NCBI RefSeq assembly: GCF_001194135.2
Contig: NC_068990.1
Span: forward strand, 33,131,219-33,194,974
DNA: 63,756 nt
Origin: Octopus bimaculoides
Taxonomy: Eukaryota
Direction of reading: 5' to 3'
Shown: positions 62,369 to 63,756 of the stretch, piece by piece
How the letters are laid out: each line of letters begins with the position of its first letter
Position numbering within the stretch: the stretch's first letter is position 1
Made by a program: the position numbers and the translations under genes
The notes under the pieces: model-generated
Told to the model about the DNA's origin: nothing
What the model saw: only the letters and a program-made list of their open reading frames with translations
Databases searched by the model: none

Positions 62369-62530
62369 TTAAAATTTGGAAAGTTTTCTCTTATGGTTTT
62401 TAATTGCAAAGCCTTTGATCAGATCCTCAAAATTAATCTTACATAACATATTTGCTTCTATATTTAGTAGAGATTAGGCATCCAACCTGCCTTGTTGCAT
62501 AGTTGTTCTGATGAGATTTCTAATATAGTT

Positions 62531-62578
62531 CAGCTGAGGAAATAAAAGCTCAGCTGAGGAAATAAAAGCTCAGCTGAG
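62531..62578. repeat. Perfect 20-bp tandem repeat CAGCTGAGGAAATAAAAGCT x2.4
   Basis: Directly visible. Confidence 0.95.
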
Positions 62579-63349
62579 CAGATTTTTTTTACCATTAATG
62601 TTAAAAATACAGGAAAGCCAATGTCTACATTTTGAAAAACACTCAGTAATGTTAATTTTAGCAAGTTTAGAGTTATTTCTTTTGTGCCATAAACCATTTA
62701 CCATTTCTGTGGTGCCTCCCCTTCATTTGATGCCCTAAACACATGCTTATTTTGCTTAATGTTTAATGCAGTGCTGCATTTCAACACTGAAGGGTCTACA
62801 AAATAAACTAGCATTAATAAAATCAACTGTACTCTTTCTTTGCAAATGTGTGGTCTCATACCACATTCAGAACTCAGAACTCAGTAATGTGTGAAGATTT
62901 ATAGCATCTGATAGTCTGATCATGCTGTGTGTTCAAATTACACCAACCTCTTCTTCCATTTTCACTTCTCCAAGGTCAGAGATAGTACTGAGACTGTTAG
63001 TTCAAGTGACAACACACCTGCTCTTTAATGTCTCTGCTGTTGACACTACTGCTCATTACTATGGCATTATCACCTCAGTAAACTAAATTAATTAACCAGA
63101 GATATTTGCTAGTCAGAAGTTATGGTTTAATTATGTTGCTGATTATAATATAAACGTTGACTTTAATTCTCTGTTAAAAAACACACATTTTATATGTTGC
63201 TCTGGTTACATACTAGGTCCTGCTTGTGTTTATTTTTAAAGACTATATTTCTAGATATTGCTATTCATATATAACTTAAGTAGTCCCCCCACTTATATCT
63301 CCAGATCACCTCCACTGAATATACATTATATATATATGTGTGTGTGTGA

Positions 63350-63570
63350 ATTAGTTTCACATTTTGGCACAGAGCTAGCAATTTTGAAGGGGAGGGTACG
63401 TCGATTACATTGACCACAGTACTCAACTGGTTCTTATTTATTTCATTGACCCCAAAGGGATGTAAAGCAATGTTGACTTCAGTGAAATTTGATCTCAGAA
63501 CAAGAAGAAGGATGAAATGCCATTAAACATTTTGTTTGGAGTGCTAACAACTCTGCCAGCTTGCTACCCT
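63350..63570 (-). mobile_element. SINE family C, diverged
   Basis: GTCGATTACATTGACC...GATCTCAGAAC...AACTCTGCCAGCT. Confidence 0.7.
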
Positions 63571-63597
63571 ATGTGTACATGTGTGTGTGTATGTGTA

Positions 63598-63756
63598 TAT
63601 TCTTTTACTTGTTTCAGTTATTTTCCTGCGGCCATACTGGAGCACTGCCTTTAGTCGAATAAATCAATCCCAGGACTTATTCTTTGTAAGCCTAGTACTT
63701 TTGCTGAACCACTAAGTTACAGGGACGTAAACACACCAACATTAGTTATCAAGCAA
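63598..63756 (-). mobile_element. SINE family A tail-1, cut by window edge
   Basis: Matches 24365-24530. Confidence 0.85.

Overview
AT-rich, microsatellite-dense animal genomic DNA with nine N-gaps, most of them flanked by (TA)n or young repeats. The dominant tRNA-derived SINE families look like those of Octopus, so this is probably an Octopus short-read scaffold (inferred from recognising the repeats, not from a search). I found no host protein-coding gene I can identify. Almost all ORF-track entries are microsatellite, low-complexity, gap or TE artefacts, so the window is most likely intronic or intergenic. It is a layered transposon graveyard. (i) At least four SINE families, about 35 copies, with modular heads and tails and several nested insertions. 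(ii) A ~3.5 kb decayed Helitron (Rep HUH + Pif1 helicase) with its 3' hairpin-CTAG terminus. (iii) A decayed Transib/RAG1-core-like transposase C-terminus with a candidate CACAGTG-like end. (iv) LINE relics of RTE, CR1/L2-like, R2/Hero-like and L1/Tx1 type, the last embedded in (GATA)n. (v) Several Tc1/mariner relics and fold-back MITEs, plus pogo/Tigger-like, piggyBac-like and Helentron-type (HINE) non-autonomous elements. (vi) Minisatellites and long simple repeats. A few small candidate exons are listed at low confidence. I see no intact novel multi-gene system. The leads most worth checking are the Transib/RAG1-like fossil, the (GATA)n-embedded Tx1-like LINE, the modular SINEs and several long hairpins.
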